This document shows, one piece after another, positions 1 through 12,561 of a stretch of DNA of 63,770 bases. This DNA is from Octopus bimaculoides (lineage: Eukaryota). Every line of letters starts with the position of its first letter. The first letter of the stretch is position 1. The notes beneath the pieces were generated by a model that did no database searches, was not told the origin of the DNA, and saw nothing but the letters and a program-made list of their open reading frames with translations. The stretch covers positions 148,523,512-148,587,281 of the forward strand of contig NC_068982.1 in NCBI RefSeq assembly GCF_001194135.2, written 5' to 3'. The position numbers and the translations under genes were made by a program.

Positions 1-1240
1 ATATATATGCATACACATATATACATACAAAATGATGCTCATAATTGCACAATTGCACATTTGATACAGTCATAGAAATTAAAAAGTAAAAAGCAAAAGC
101 AGTCATAAATGACCGCTCGGTACTTCTCAGTTAATTTACAGAGCAGCAGTCTTAAAAATGGAAAGGTATATAAGGTTTACTAATACCATTTAAGTGGAAC
201 TTGGTAGTTGGAAACTGTGAACAAGTTTATTGTATGTGTGTGTCTATATTCATATCTGTGTTTGTCTTCAAATTGGTGTTGTTTGTTTTAAAAAGTAAGA
301 TATCCTTTTATTTATGAGTATATACAATAGCCTATATGAAAGTGAAAGAATTGATAATCACTTATAATCAACTGGAAAATGGAACTAAAGAGACCTTTTC
401 TTTTACTCAGTGATAATTAGCAATAAAATGAAAGGGAAGATGCTTCGTGTATTTTGTTTTTCATATATTGAAGAAATGTCTGAATGTAGAACCCCACTAA
501 ACATCTGTAAGAATCATGGAGGAGATAATTGATCATGAATGTTCAATTGAGTTTCTTTGCATCAGTGGGATTAATTTATGATTCAGGGATGTGCAATCAT
601 TTTATTTCAGTTTCTAGATTTTTAATAAAAAAAATATGTACAAATTAATCATTCGGAATTTCACACACTGCCATTATTAGATTTAAGTTTCTGGATTTTA
701 ACAGAAAAAATTACAAACACATTATTGGAAATTTCACAAAAAAAAAATCAGGAACCTTTTATGGCTGATTATTACCAGTTATTAATTCTTTCATTTTTTC
801 TAGTTCTTTAACTTTCTTTGTAGCCATTTTATTTATTCAAAAATCAAAACAATGCTCTGGAAGCTATCAGGCACGTATGCTTGAAGTCCCTAATCGCAGT
901 GCTGAAATATTAAAGCTCACCATCTAGTGACACATGTTCGGTAGAATTTTATGACAGGTATTTGATATTATAGACTGTTGTTCTGGATAATGTTTGCTTA
1001 TTTATTCTTTAGCTAAGTTTATGGCTGCTTTATGAAGGATCACCAAATGCTTTTGATCTTAGATCTGTTTGTTCAGGACTGACCAGGTACTAAGCAATAA
1101 ATAAATAAATAAAATCAGCTTAACTAGTTTTCAACTCAAGAATGAAAATCACAGTCAAACGTGAAAGTATTTAACTTCAGTTCTTAGGCAGGAATAAAAC
1201 ATAATCAACAACAAATATAATAATAATAATAATAGTAACA

Positions 1241-1278
<38 letters not shown>

Positions 1279-1280
<2 letters not shown>

Positions 1281-1330
1281 CGAAAACTGTTGACAATGCA
1301 TAGAATGCACCACCCTAAGGCAGATATAGA
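1279..1330 (+). mobile_element. R4/Dong-type non-LTR retrotransposon fragment
   Basis: Translates TRKLLTMHRMHHPKADID, a motif found just after the RT domain of R4-clade elements; lies between (TAA)n and a 10-N gap. Confidence 0.65.
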
Positions 1331-1340
1331 NNNNNNNNNN

Positions 1341-1387
<47 letters not shown>

Positions 1388-1756
1388 ACCAAATGCTAAT
1401 GAATGTTTTTTGTCCATTGCTCTGTCATGTCTACAAGCTCTGTTATATTTCCTTAAAATATGGAAATCAATAATCTACATAGTTTCAATTGAGCAAAATT
1501 CAAATAAGACTTTTGGTCTTACTGGTAATGCTTACAACAGAAACAATATAGCAAAAACATAAATACAACAGCAATAGCAACAAGAGCAAAAAATAAGTAA
1601 AATACTAGCATTATCATTAGTAAAAAATATGTAAGAATAATAAGGGAATGATAGGAAAAGGGATTGAATATGAATATGAACAGTAAAGGGAGAATAGGAG
1701 TCATGGGTGATGGGAGATAAAATGAATTGATAAACATTAATGAAATGAAAATTCCT

Positions 1757-1819
<63 letters not shown>

Positions 1820-1820
<1 letters not shown>

Positions 1821-2186
1821 TATGATAATCGACATAGCATGCCCCAGTGACAACAGGATCAATGTGAAAGAAGACAGAAAAATAAACAACTATGACGATT
1901 TAAAGTGGGAAGTATGAAGGTTGTGGTCAATGAAGAGAGGAAGAGAGTAGATGTGATAACAATAGTTATTGGTGTACTTGGAAGTATCAGCACTCAGCTA
2001 CCAACATGGCTGAAAAAGATCGGTGCAAGTGTAAAGGTAGAATACCTACAAAAAAAAAAAAAAAATCTGCATTACTTGCAACTGCATGAATTCTTTGCAG
2101 GGTTTTTGAAGCATGACCAGTAAACAAGTGTCACCTTAGTCTGCCTGCTAGGACATCATACCCAGCAAAATAAGCTGTGAGTTTTC

Positions 2187-2190
<4 letters not shown>
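1820..2190 (+). mobile_element. 5'-truncated R4/Dong-type LINE 3' end (RLE domain + 3'UTR)
   Basis: CMIIDIACPSDNRINVKEDRKINNYDDLKWEV...VDVITIVIGVLGSI...LQK..SALLATA; (TAA)n on both sides. Confidence 0.85.
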
Positions 2191-2247
<57 letters not shown>

Positions 2248-2248
<1 letters not shown>

Positions 2249-2451
2249 GTTTCAAATTTTGGCACAAGACCAGCTATTTCAGAGAAGCTAAGTTGATTAT
2301 ATCAATCCCCAGTGCTCAACTGCTACTTATCGTATCAACCTTGAAAGAATGAAAGGCAAAGTCGACCTCAATAGCATTGAACCCAGAATGTGAAGACAGA
2401 TGAAATGCTACTAAGCATTTTGCCCAGTGTGCTAGCAATTCTGCCAACTCC
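2248..2451 (-). mobile_element. SINE family B copy (diverged)
   Basis: Reverse complement matches the family B head and gtcgactttgcctttcat core. Confidence 0.75.
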
Positions 2452-2465
2452 TTAAAAAAATACTC

Positions 2466-5155
2466 GTGGCAAAATATGATATCTTGAGAGAGCTAAGCAT
2501 TTCTAAACATCTAGAAATGAATGAGAGAAATCGATTACCAAAGTCTCAGAACACTAATTCAAATTACTGTATGGTCAAAATATATTACTATGCCTTGAAG
2601 CAGCTTCTCCTTGAGACTGAGACAGATTTCACTTCATTAAACGATTTTATATACTGAACATCTATTGCTTCCATTAAAAAAATGGGTGTCAAAATAAAGA
2701 AAAAGGCTCCCAAAAAAAGCACACAAGCAGCCAAGGTGGAAAGAGCACATGAATAAGGAAATTGAAAGCTGTTGGCAATTATTGATCTTAGATGAACTCT
2801 CCAAAGGAAATAATGTAAAGATGAGAATGGATAGAAAGATGAAATGATAGTACAATCTGAAAAACATGAATGAAATCCTGAGAGCCAAAGAGATGGTTAA
2901 ACAAAAAGTTCAGGTTAAGGCCTAATGTTTATGCAGGTATGAAAAGAGAAACAAATTTTATAGACAAAATAAGATATTTAAAACAGATGGTAAGAATTTC
3001 TACAGAGATTTGGAGAAAAATTCAATCAAAATAAAAGACCCACCTCATATGAAAGAAGTAGTAACATTTTGGGAAAGCATATGGAGTGATAAAAAGGAAT
3101 TTAATGAGGAAGCTGAATAGGTAAGGAGAGAAGAAGAAAGAATAAATGAGATTGAAGAACATGAACAAGAGGATATTACAATGCGGGAATTAACTCAGTC
3201 CCTATTTAAAGTGAAAGTCTTCTGGACATGACAAAATCTCAAACTTCTGGCTTAACAGCCTCTCATCATCACATTGCCAATTAATGGAATGTTTTTCTGA
3301 CACCATCAGAAAACCCCCAAAACTTCAAACTGACTCATTTTAGGAATAACATACCTACTCCCTAAAATGAGTGACACAAAATACAAAAAAATTCTACAGG
3401 TTAATCACTTGTTTGACAACTATGTATTAAATACTTACATCCATACTCACTGAAAGGATGTACCAATTTCTCGACCAAAACAACATTCTTCCTCTTGAAC
3501 AAAAAGGGTGCAAAAGAAACTCATATGGTTGCCAGTACCAGTTATCTATAAACTGTATGATACTTGAAAACTGCTCATCATAAAAAACAAAATATTGGCC
3601 CAGCATGGATTAGCTATGAGGTGGTATCAAAAGGTTCCCCGACTAGTTATGTTCAATATAAAATAACTTATTTACCTAGGTTTTAACATCATCTCCTTCA
3701 AAATAGTCGCCATGCCCAGAAATAGTTACCTTGCACAATGTTCCTGCCACAATTGGTCTAAACACCTACCTGAAAAACTCAGATGACTGGATGCTAAAAC
3801 TTATCTTAAAGCATGAAAACAAGAAAACATCTTACTCAGTAACAAGACAGGCAAAGAAATATCTAAGTGAATTTCAAATACTGCAAATCCCAGAATTAGT
3901 CATACTGCAAACAAGCAGAGAAAAAGCTAAGCATATGAAAACCCATGCTAAAACTGCTGCCTTAGATATTCTTACTGATAAATGGCAAGAAAAACCTCTC
4001 AATGACAAATACCCAAAGAGAGCTAATAATGCCAATGTTGACAAACCCATACCCATCAATGATTAGTGTCTTCTTGCTTAAAGGTTTGTCATAGCAGCCC
4101 AAGATCAATCCCTACCTACAAGAAGCTACCAGGCCAACATTTTAAAGAATGGCAGTAGCCCAAAATGTTGTGTATGTCAACAACAAAATGAAACTATTGA
4201 TCATGTTGTCTCCATGTGCAGTCTTCTTGCACCTACAGAGTATCTCAACAGGCATGATAGGGCAGCACAGTATATTCACTGGGTAATTTGCAAAGACTTG
4301 GACCTACCCCATGATAAAAACTGGTGGTAACACAAACCACTGCCAGTGCTTGTAAATGGCTACATGTCACTTCTTTGGAACTTCACTGTTTAAACTGACA
4401 GAAAGAGAAATGCAAATAGACCTGACATTATACTGAAGGACTTCATACAAAAATCATGCCTCCTCGTCAATATGACTCTCCCGATCAACATAAATGTATC
4501 TGTCAAGACCTACCAAAAAACTGAGCAAGTATAAAGATCTTGAAATAGAAATTGGAAAAATGTGGAACCTCAAGACTAAAAGAATACCTATTGTCATAGA
4601 TACCCTAGGAATGATAGCAAAAGGGACTGATTTCTATCTAGCTGAGATGCCACAAAATCCCAAAATGGAAGAAATTAAAAAAATAGTGCTCATGGGAACT
4701 GTCCATATCCTACGTAAAATATTGTTTATGTAATCTCAAAAATATATTATACGTAAGCAGTGTCAAAATACTTTAAATGTACATAACAGCAAACACTTTT
4801 TACTGTCATCTTAACATCACACTATCATCTTATCAAATTACTTTCAAAACAAGCTTCTAATTTACTTTAGTTTTGACAGACATTCTCTAGAACAATACTC
4901 TGTACAAAACCAAATATATGGCACACTAGTCATTACATCAACTTGAACTTCTAACTTGTTTCTTGAGGTCTCTGTGTGGGATTTGAAGTCAACTTGTACG
5001 ACAATGTGGCCAGATATGTCCACTGGCTGTTGTGTGGTAAAGCAAACCTTGAGAGAGCCAAACAATGGTATGAACACAAGCTAGAAGAAGTAATGGAAAA
5101 CGAACATTACAAACACAAAGAAAAAGTCAAATATATAATAATGATGATGATGATG
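2466..5155 (+). mobile_element. Decayed R4/Dong-type LINE (RT N-terminal half, zinc knuckle, RLE, 3'UTR), internally deleted
   Basis: KSSGHDKISNFWL; NILPLEQKGCKRNSYGCQYQLSIN; CCVCQQQNETIDHVVSMC; NRHDRAAQYIHW; RPDII; KYKDLEIEIGKMW; IVLMGTVHILRKILFM* ending at 4733. Frameshifts and stops present; distal RT motifs missing near 3700; (ATG/ATA)n tail. Confidence 0.9.
5000..5129 (+). mobile_element. Fragment of a second R4-type LINE inside the 3'UTR of the first
   Basis: DNVARYVHWLLCGKANLERAKQWYEHKLEEVMENEHY; flanks join to give the uninterrupted 3'UTR seen at 6545-6575. Confidence 0.75.
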
Positions 5156-5209
<54 letters not shown>

Positions 5210-5210
<1 letters not shown>

Positions 5211-6178
5211 CAAGAGCACTCAGAGAGTGCCAGAGCAACACCAACGTCTTCTCAACAATTAGCTGGAGATGATTTTTAAAATGAAATAAACTTGACTGCT
5301 CTCACAGACGAGAATACTAAGAATGAAGACAACTGCTCTCAAAAATTTAGTAAAGAAAACGGAAAAGTAATCCAGAATCCTTGTCCAGTACCTGATCGAT
5401 CCCAATGGTAGTCATGGAATATGAAAGTGGGTGTGCGGGCCATGTTTGTAATGCTGTGCGTGTGTGTGTCATCTACAGTGGGAACAGGGACAGTTTTCTC
5501 TATGAAGGCCTTCTTTAGTCTATCCACTGATATAGTGTCTTTACAATCATTAAGGTCTATAGTGAAAATTTTATCCATGGGTGAAAGGAAACAGAAAGGA
5601 CATGCACACAGTGCTGTTAATGGAGGTTTACCAACATTGTTGCAATTGTCAATTAGGTAAGAGGTTTTAAACAAGAGCGATATATTCAAAATAAGTAAAA
5701 CTAAAAATTGCAGAGTATAAATTATATTTATTATTGTTACTGAATATTTTAGTGTTATTTAATTTCTGAACGGTTTTGCTGCCATTTGTTTATGTAGTTT
5801 GATCTCTTTATCCAGCAGTTTCTACGAAGATAGAGACACGAGTAAAATTAATAATGGAGAAATGAAAATAAAATTTTGGAAACAGCAATGCTGCCACAAC
5901 ATACATGGAAACCATGAGCGTGCTTTCAAGGGAGATAATCAGAGAAAGACTTGAAAGTAAGCATAAGATTGTAAAGTAAAGTAAAATAACAAATAATCCA
6001 GAATCCTTGTCCGGTACCAGATCGATCTCCAAATTTAATCGGTTTGTGCCAGTTATGAGGCCAAACATCCCTGAAAGTTTCATCCAAATCCATCCAGTGG
6101 TTCTTGAGATATCTTGTCCATGGACAAACAAACAAGCACAACTGAAAACAATACCTCCTCCTTCACTAAGGCAGAGGT

Positions 6179-6180
<2 letters not shown>
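5210..6180 (+). mobile_element. Helentron/HINE (DINE-1-like) non-autonomous element
   Basis: Starts acaagagcactcagagag and ends aacaatacctcctccttcactaaggcagaggtaa (short 3' hairpin); acaa microsatellite near the 3' end; 37-bp internal direct repeat at 5369-5405 and 5995-6032. Confidence 0.55.
5495..5668 (-). mobile_element. Gypsy/Ty3 integrase C-terminal fragment
   Basis: VGKPPLTALCACPFCFLSPMDKIFTIDLNDCKDTISVDRLKKAFIE resembles the GPY/F...TVSIDRLKPA end of Gypsy integrases. Confidence 0.65.
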
Positions 6181-6211
<31 letters not shown>

Positions 6212-6221
6212 AATAATAATG

Positions 6222-6261
<40 letters not shown>

Positions 6262-6264
<3 letters not shown>

Positions 6265-6597
6265 CAGCGAAACAGGCTGATTACTACCTAGCTCAGATAC
6301 CAGGAAACCCCAAAATGGCTGAAGTTCAAAAGATAGTGCTCATGGGAACTGCACATATCCTACGTAAAATACTGTCTGTGTGATCTCAAATTTTAAAACA
6401 AACACATCATTTTCTTATGGTTTCTTAAACATTCTCTAGAACAACACTATGTACAAATCGAAATATATGGTACCCTAGGCATAACACCCACATGAACTTC
6501 TAACTTGTTGTCTCTTGAGGTCTCTGGGTGAGACTTGGATCCAACTTGTACAAATGCAAAGCAAAAGTCAAACATAAAATAATAATAATAATAATAA
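6262..6597 (+). mobile_element. 5'-truncated R4/Dong-type LINE, same family as 2466-5155
   Basis: ADYYLAQIPGNPKMAEVQKIVLMGTAHILRKILSV* plus homologous 3'UTR; (TAA)n on both sides. Confidence 0.9.
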
Positions 6598-6600
6598 ATA

Positions 6601-7140
6601 CCCTAATGCAGTACCACACACTGGCTCTCATGGCTTCTGATCTTAACTGATTGGAAGTATTTTCATGTACATTGTTTTGTCTTAGTATAAACGATGAGCC
6701 ACACCATATATTCTGCTCAGTACCACAGATTTGCTTGTCAGTTGTTTGACCTTAACCAGTTGAGCCTGTCCCTTAGTGGCTGACAATATGTGCATCTCTG
6801 ATCACAAGCAGAAGTAGTGGGAGAGTATCCCTGAGAGGAATTATTAGGGGTTTGAATAATTCATCTCTGGAAACATGGGTGTTTCATCCAACATCCTTAA
6901 ACAAACTTTATTCAGGGCCCTTTTCAGTGGGATGAGCTACTTGACCTGAAGATAATTCTAACTGAGTGCCACCTGTTAGGTCATGCGCTGTTTATCTTGA
7001 TATAAGATCACCATGTCGTGCACATGTGGTTGTGATGCATGTGCCTGGTGTACCCTTATCAGATGGGTAGTCATGATGGGTATATTGGGCTTTGTATATT
7101 TTACCCCAGTGTCACTTTGATGGCATGCATTGCTCTTTCA
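6601..7140 (+). mobile_element. ~540-bp unclassified dispersed repeat
   Basis: Aligns over most of its length with the reverse complement of 24345-24845; no ORF; (TAA)n at both ends. Confidence 0.8.
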
Positions 7141-7410
7141 ATAATAATAATAATGATAATGATAATAATTTGAGATTGGTCCTTGGGTATTAAGTATCTT
7201 CCTCAATACTTAACATCTAAGCACCAAGTCTTATAATCTGTGAAAAGAGACCCTGAGAGGCCCTGTAAGACCTTTGACAACAGGTTACTGTCTGTTCACA
7301 CAGAATTAAACAGAGCAAGTAAGATCAAGAGCTCTGAGAAATAATATTTAATGATAATATAATAAAATGATGATAATGATAATGATGATAATGATAATGA
7401 TGATGATGAC

Positions 7411-7441
<31 letters not shown>

Positions 7442-7540
7442 GTGGTGGTACTGTTGCTGGTGTTTATGATGATGATGATGGTGGTGGTGGTACTGGTGCT
7501 GGTGTTTATGATGATAATGAGCAAATAAGGAATAAAGAGT

Positions 7541-7750
7541 CATCATCATCATCATCATCATCATCATCTTCATCATCATCATCATTTAACATCTGTCTTC
7601 CATGCTGGCATGGGTGTGACGGTACCACAAGAGCCTGCAACAAACTTCTGTGACTATTTTGGCAGGATTTTTACAGCTGGATGCCCTTCCTAACACCAAC
7701 CACTAAGCAGAGTGGACTTTGTGCTTTTTACGTGGCACAAACACAGGTGA
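7541..7750 (-). mobile_element. RTE LINE 3' end (variant)
   Basis: (CAT)n + ttaacatctgtcttccatgctggcatggg...cagctggatgcccttcctaacaccaaccac. Confidence 0.75.
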
Positions 7751-7959
7751 GTCCAGTAATAGTAACATGAGTAACAAGAAAAGAAAAATACAATAGCAAC
7801 AGCAGCAGCAGCAACAGCAGCAGTAATAGCAGCAGTAGCAGTAATCACAGCAGCAACAGCAGCAGCAACAGCAACAGTAACAGCAGCAGCAGCAACAGCA
7901 GCTAGACTTGCAAATATCTACAAGTTGCAACAAATTCCACAATGAATAAATAGAATGGA

Positions 7960-8170
7960 AATTAGAGAACCTCTGTATGACTGCTCAGTTTGCTAGAAAT
8001 AAAACCCAAGTCCCTTTCAAATCATACTTTACTATCTAAGAAAAGGTAAAACACATTGGGTAATGTAGTCCTAGATCCGCATAAAAGAGCAGAAAACGTC
8101 ATGGTTCAATGCCTTTGGTTATAATCATTGGTTAGATTGGTCAGGTCTGACTTGGTGGCTTAAATAATAG
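7960..8170 (+). mobile_element. Old dispersed repeat, family D (probable ancient SINE)
   Basis: tgctagaaatagcagccaaatct...cacattggataatgtagtcctag...gcctttgatcata motif; diverged copies also near 9300-9505, 10445-10625(-), 18800-19010, 30620-30720, 44840-45030, 48815-48990(-), 50100-50295(-), 56790-56880(-), 57495-57695 and 63170-63350. Confidence 0.7.
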
Positions 8171-8531
8171 CGACAACAGAATGGAAAAAGAGAAAAGATG
8201 GAAAAAAAAACAAGCAAAAAATCACCAATATCAACAACAAAAGCAACAACAACAAAACTAACTGGAGCAGTGATATAATAAAAATGTGGAATAGAAATAA
8301 CTACCTCCTGCACAATCACAACAAGAGGAATAATAGGAACAACAACATTACAGGGAGAAAGCATTGATTGTAGAAAACCAATTTAAAATTCTTGTAATAC
8401 GAAAACAAAATTATTTTATATAAAATCCACTATCGCCATCACAATCACAATCATCAGTTACATCTGCTTACAACCTTTATTTTCATCATCATCATCATCA
8501 TCATCATCACCATCATCATCATCACCACCAC

Positions 8532-8581
<50 letters not shown>

Positions 8582-9328
8582 CCACTATCTCTCCCACTGT
8601 CACCATCTCCAACACCACTACCATGTCACTGTCATTAGTACTTACTCTACAGTTATCACTACCATAGCCACCACTACCACTTGCACTGATACTATCATCA
8701 CAGCCATAACCATGATTAGCAGCGCCACTACCATCACCATCACCATTGCCGCTGTCATCCTTACTACCACCAATTCCGTCACATCACCACCACCACCACC
8801 ACCACCACAATATAACCACATCACCACGACACAACCATCCTCACCACCATCATCACCATCTCAACCATTACCATCGCCTATTTCATCACCACTGTAATCA
8901 CCCCCACCACAAGAACTTCATTGACTTTATCGTTATCGTTGTCGTTGTTGCCATCATCATCATCATTTGACATCTGCTTTCAATACTGGCATGAACAGGA
9001 TGGTTTGATTGGGAACCAGTGAGCCATAGGGCTGCAATGAGCTCCATTTTCCTCCTTGACATGGTTTCTGTGTCTTGATGGCCGTCCTAGAGCAACCCAC
9101 TCTAAGACCCTTTCTAAAGCCAATTACTTTAAAAACAGCAATAACAGCAACAATAACCATTAATTGTATCACCTCAACCACTGTTAATCATAATAATGGA
9201 AAAACCTTTTTGCAATCGTTGAATCAAATCCTTTTCAACCCACATCCTACAGTTCTTTTAAAAGAATACATTGGATGATACACCCTAGAGCTGGAATACC
9301 TTTGTAAGTCAGCTTCATCAGGGCTGAT

Positions 9329-9933
9329 CTAGGGCTAAGCAGTAATACATAACTATGACTCAACTGAGGAGCTTCTACTTGGTCATACTACTGGCTAGAA
9401 ATAGCAGCCAAATCTCTCTCAAATTCTACCCCACTATCTTAAGTAAAAGGAAAAATTGACTAATGCAATGATATGACAGGTCATGGGTGAGTGCCTTTGA
9501 TCATTCAAATGATTTTCAAGAAGTTTATTCTTCTGTAATCATTTAAGGCAAGTTTCTCATTTGAAGATAACTTCCTTGCTTTTTTCCGTTCTGCCAAAAT
9601 TATTGGAGATCCCAAGGAAAATCATAGGCACTGCCCCTTCTTCCTCTTCTGACTAAATCATATAGTACAAGGAAAAAAGAAAACACTTCTCTATCAGGTA
9701 ATGTTTCTGCATGCAAGTGATGCCAGTGGAGAAGAATTTATCTACTGCAAATGGAATTTCTACAAGAAGAAGGCAAAGTTTAAAAATAAGGATTTTGGAT
9801 TGCAACTTATAACCATAAATTAACATATACTTAACTCTTTCATGACATATTTGGCTGCTATTTCTAACCAGTAGTATGACCAAGTAGAAGCTCCTCAGTT
9901 GAGTCTTAGTTATGTATTACTGCTTAGCCCTAG
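9329..9933. repeat. 85-bp near-perfect inverted repeat (9329-9413 / 9849-9933)
   Basis: 2 mismatches in 85 bp by direct comparison; ~435-bp spacer. Confidence 0.9.
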
Positions 9934-10029
9934 TGAAGCCCTAACGAGTTGACACTGTCTATATGTTTCAACTAATTTTAAATGTAATTAAGATTTGGAA
10001 GGCATTCAGCACTGTCTGAGTGTGTTCAT

Positions 10030-10440
10030 TGCCAGAGCAGCCGTCTGGCTTCCATCCTAGTGGCTCGTAAATAGCACTATTTGAGCATAATCGTTACCAG
10101 TGTCGCCTTCTAGCACTTATGCTGGTGGCACTTTAGAAAATCATTCGAGCGAGGTCGTTGCCAGTGCCGCTGGACTGGCCCCCATGAAGGTGGCACATAA
10201 AAAACACCTTTTTGAGCATGGCCGTTGCCAGTACCGTGTGACTGGCCCTTGTGCCGGTGGCACGTAAAAGCACCCACTACACTCTCAGAGTGGTTGGCGT
10301 TAGGAAGAGCATCCAGCTGTAGAAACTCTGCCAGATCAGATTGGAGCCTGGTGCAGCCTTCTGGCTTGCCAGTCCTCAAGTCAAATCGTCCAACCCATGC
10401 TAGCATGGAAAGCGGACGTTAAATGACGATGATGATGATA
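10030..10440 (+). mobile_element. RTE LINE 3'UTR and (GAT)n tail
   Basis: ~58-bp gccagt..actggc units, then ggaagagcatccagctgtagaaactctgcc...gcggacgttaaatgacgatgatg. Confidence 0.9.
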
Positions 10441-10638
10441 TAACCCTTGCTGTAATTTTTCTAGTTGCTATTTAACCCTAGGTTTGCTCTTTGCAAATGG
10501 ACCTATGATCAAAGATATTTCAACTTTGAACATCTCAGTTTCAATTCCAGACTATTTTATTCAATGCATTCAACTTAGAGAATATTTCAGCATGTTATAT
10601 GAAGGACATTGGCAAACAGGTAAAATAACCTTGTAGAT

Positions 10639-10855
10639 CGATGTTCCTCAACTGGGGTCCATATGACCCTTAAGGGTTCACATAAGATTTTGTTGTCAAA
10701 ATATATAAGCAATAAATTGCTTATACTTCTACAATACACAAAATATTCTAAATGTTTTATAAAATTCCTAATAGTATTTAATTAAACAGGATTAATTAAA
10801 CAGGATTTTTTAATATACATTGAATATACATTGAATGGCATTGGAGGTCAATCAA

Positions 10856-10887
<32 letters not shown>

Positions 10888-11047
10888 ACAACAATAACAT
10901 TTAACGTCTGTTTTTCATGCTGACATGGGTTGGATGGTTTGACAGAAACTGGCAAGTGGAAGAGCTACATCAGGTTCCATAGTCTCCCCAGTAGAGTAAA
11001 ATAAGAGTCAAAGGGATCCAAAGGCAAAAAATGGTTGAGAACCACTG
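10639..11047. mobile_element. hAT-like MITE interrupted by an RTE tail (10855-10985, minus)
   Basis: Right TIR ggttgagaaccactg; decayed left TIR cgatgttcctcaac. Confidence 0.6.
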
Positions 11048-11823
11048 TTGTAAATAATGTAATCATTGGTATACAATACTTAAGACACTGCTGACATTGC
11101 TGTCACTGGTGCCACTACTCATACCACTACTCATACCACCACTGACAACAGTGGTGGTGGTGGTGGTAGTGGTGGTGGTGGTGGTGGTGGTNNNNNNNNN
11201 NNNNNNNNNNNNNNNNNNNNNNNNNNNNNNNNNNNNNNNNNNNNNNNNNNNNNNNNNNNNNNNNNNNNNNNNNNNNNNNNNNNNNNNNNNNNNNNNNNNN
11301 NNNNNNNNNNNNNNNNNNNNNNNNNNNNNNNNNNNNNNNNNNNNNNNNNNNNNNNNNNNNNNNNNNNNNNNNNNNNNNNNNNNNNNNNNNNNNNNNNNNN
11401 NNNNNNNNNNNNNNNNNNNNNNNNNNNNNNNNNNNNNNNNNNNNNNNNNNNNNNNNNNNNNNNNNNNNNNNNNNNNNNNNNNNNNNNNNNNNNNNNNNNN
11501 NNNNNNNNNNNNNNNNNNNNNNNNNNNNNNNNNNNNNNNNNNNNNNNNNNNNNNNNNNNNNNNNNNNNNNNNNNNNNNNNNNNNNNNNNNNNNNNNNNNN
11601 NNNNNNNNNNNNNNNNNNNNNNNNNNNNNNNNNNNNNNNNNNNNNNNNNNNNNNNNNNNNNNNNNNNNNNNNNNNNNNNNNNNNNNNNNNNNNNNNNNNN
11701 NNNNNNNNNNNNNNNNNNNNNNNNNNNNNNNNNNNNNNNNNNNNNNNNNNNNNNNNNNNNNNNNNNNNNNNNNNNNNNNNNNNNNNNNNNNNNNNNNNNN
11801 NNNNNNNNNNNNNNNNNNNNNNN

Positions 11824-11872
11824 NTGTTCTTCTTCTTCTTCTTCTTCTTCTTCTTCTTCTTCTTCTTCTTCC

Positions 11873-11903
<31 letters not shown>

Positions 11904-11976
11904 CTTCTTCTTCTTCTTCTTCTTCTCCTCCTCCTCCTCCTCCTCCCCCTTCTTCTTCTTCTTCTTCTTCTTCTTC

Positions 11977-12008
<32 letters not shown>

Positions 12009-12020
12009 CTTCTTCTTCTT
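11824..12020. repeat. (TTC)n/(CTC)n microsatellite bordering a gap
   Basis: Direct inspection. Confidence 0.95.
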
Positions 12021-12561
12021 TGTTCAGTGTTCTAACTGAAACAAATGTGTTAAAAATCCTTTTGCATAAAACGTTTCTCTAACACTCTCCCCTGGTTTAG
12101 CATAACATATGTATATTGACAATGCAATATATTTAATGACTGTCTTCCAACTGAATGCCAACCGTAAGAAAATCTCCGATTTATTTTCTCCGAGATTGCT
12201 GCTTTGTATAATTTTTAGATTGGACTTTTCTTCCATTCTTTCAAAGTTTATCATTTATTCTTTTTAGCTTTATTTATTTATTTTTCCCCTCATATTCATT
12301 CCCTTTTCCCATTTCATACTATAAAGGACACCCTGTATTCAAAAATCTCTGCTCCATTTTTATGCACACTCATACATACATACACATGCCACATAGTATA
12401 CATACATATGTACATATATATGTATACTGTGTAGTGTGTGTGTGTATATGTAGGAGAGTGCATAAATATGGACCAGAGATTTCTTGAAGCTAGCCAAGAA
12501 TCATGAAGTAGCACATAACGTTGATTCTTGGATTGTTTTTTAAGATGTTTAATTCGTGTAT

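Noticed and set aside
9590-9652. BIR-like peptide DPKENHRHCPFF
   Set aside because: Very short, ends in a stop, and lacks the upstream BIR motifs
11097-12035. 312-aa and 247-aa ORFs
   Set aside because: Mostly N-gap plus (GGT)n and (TTC)n
12024-12254. 76-aa minus-strand ORF MINFERMEEKS...
   Set aside because: No recognisable domain or splice partner; within chance expectation
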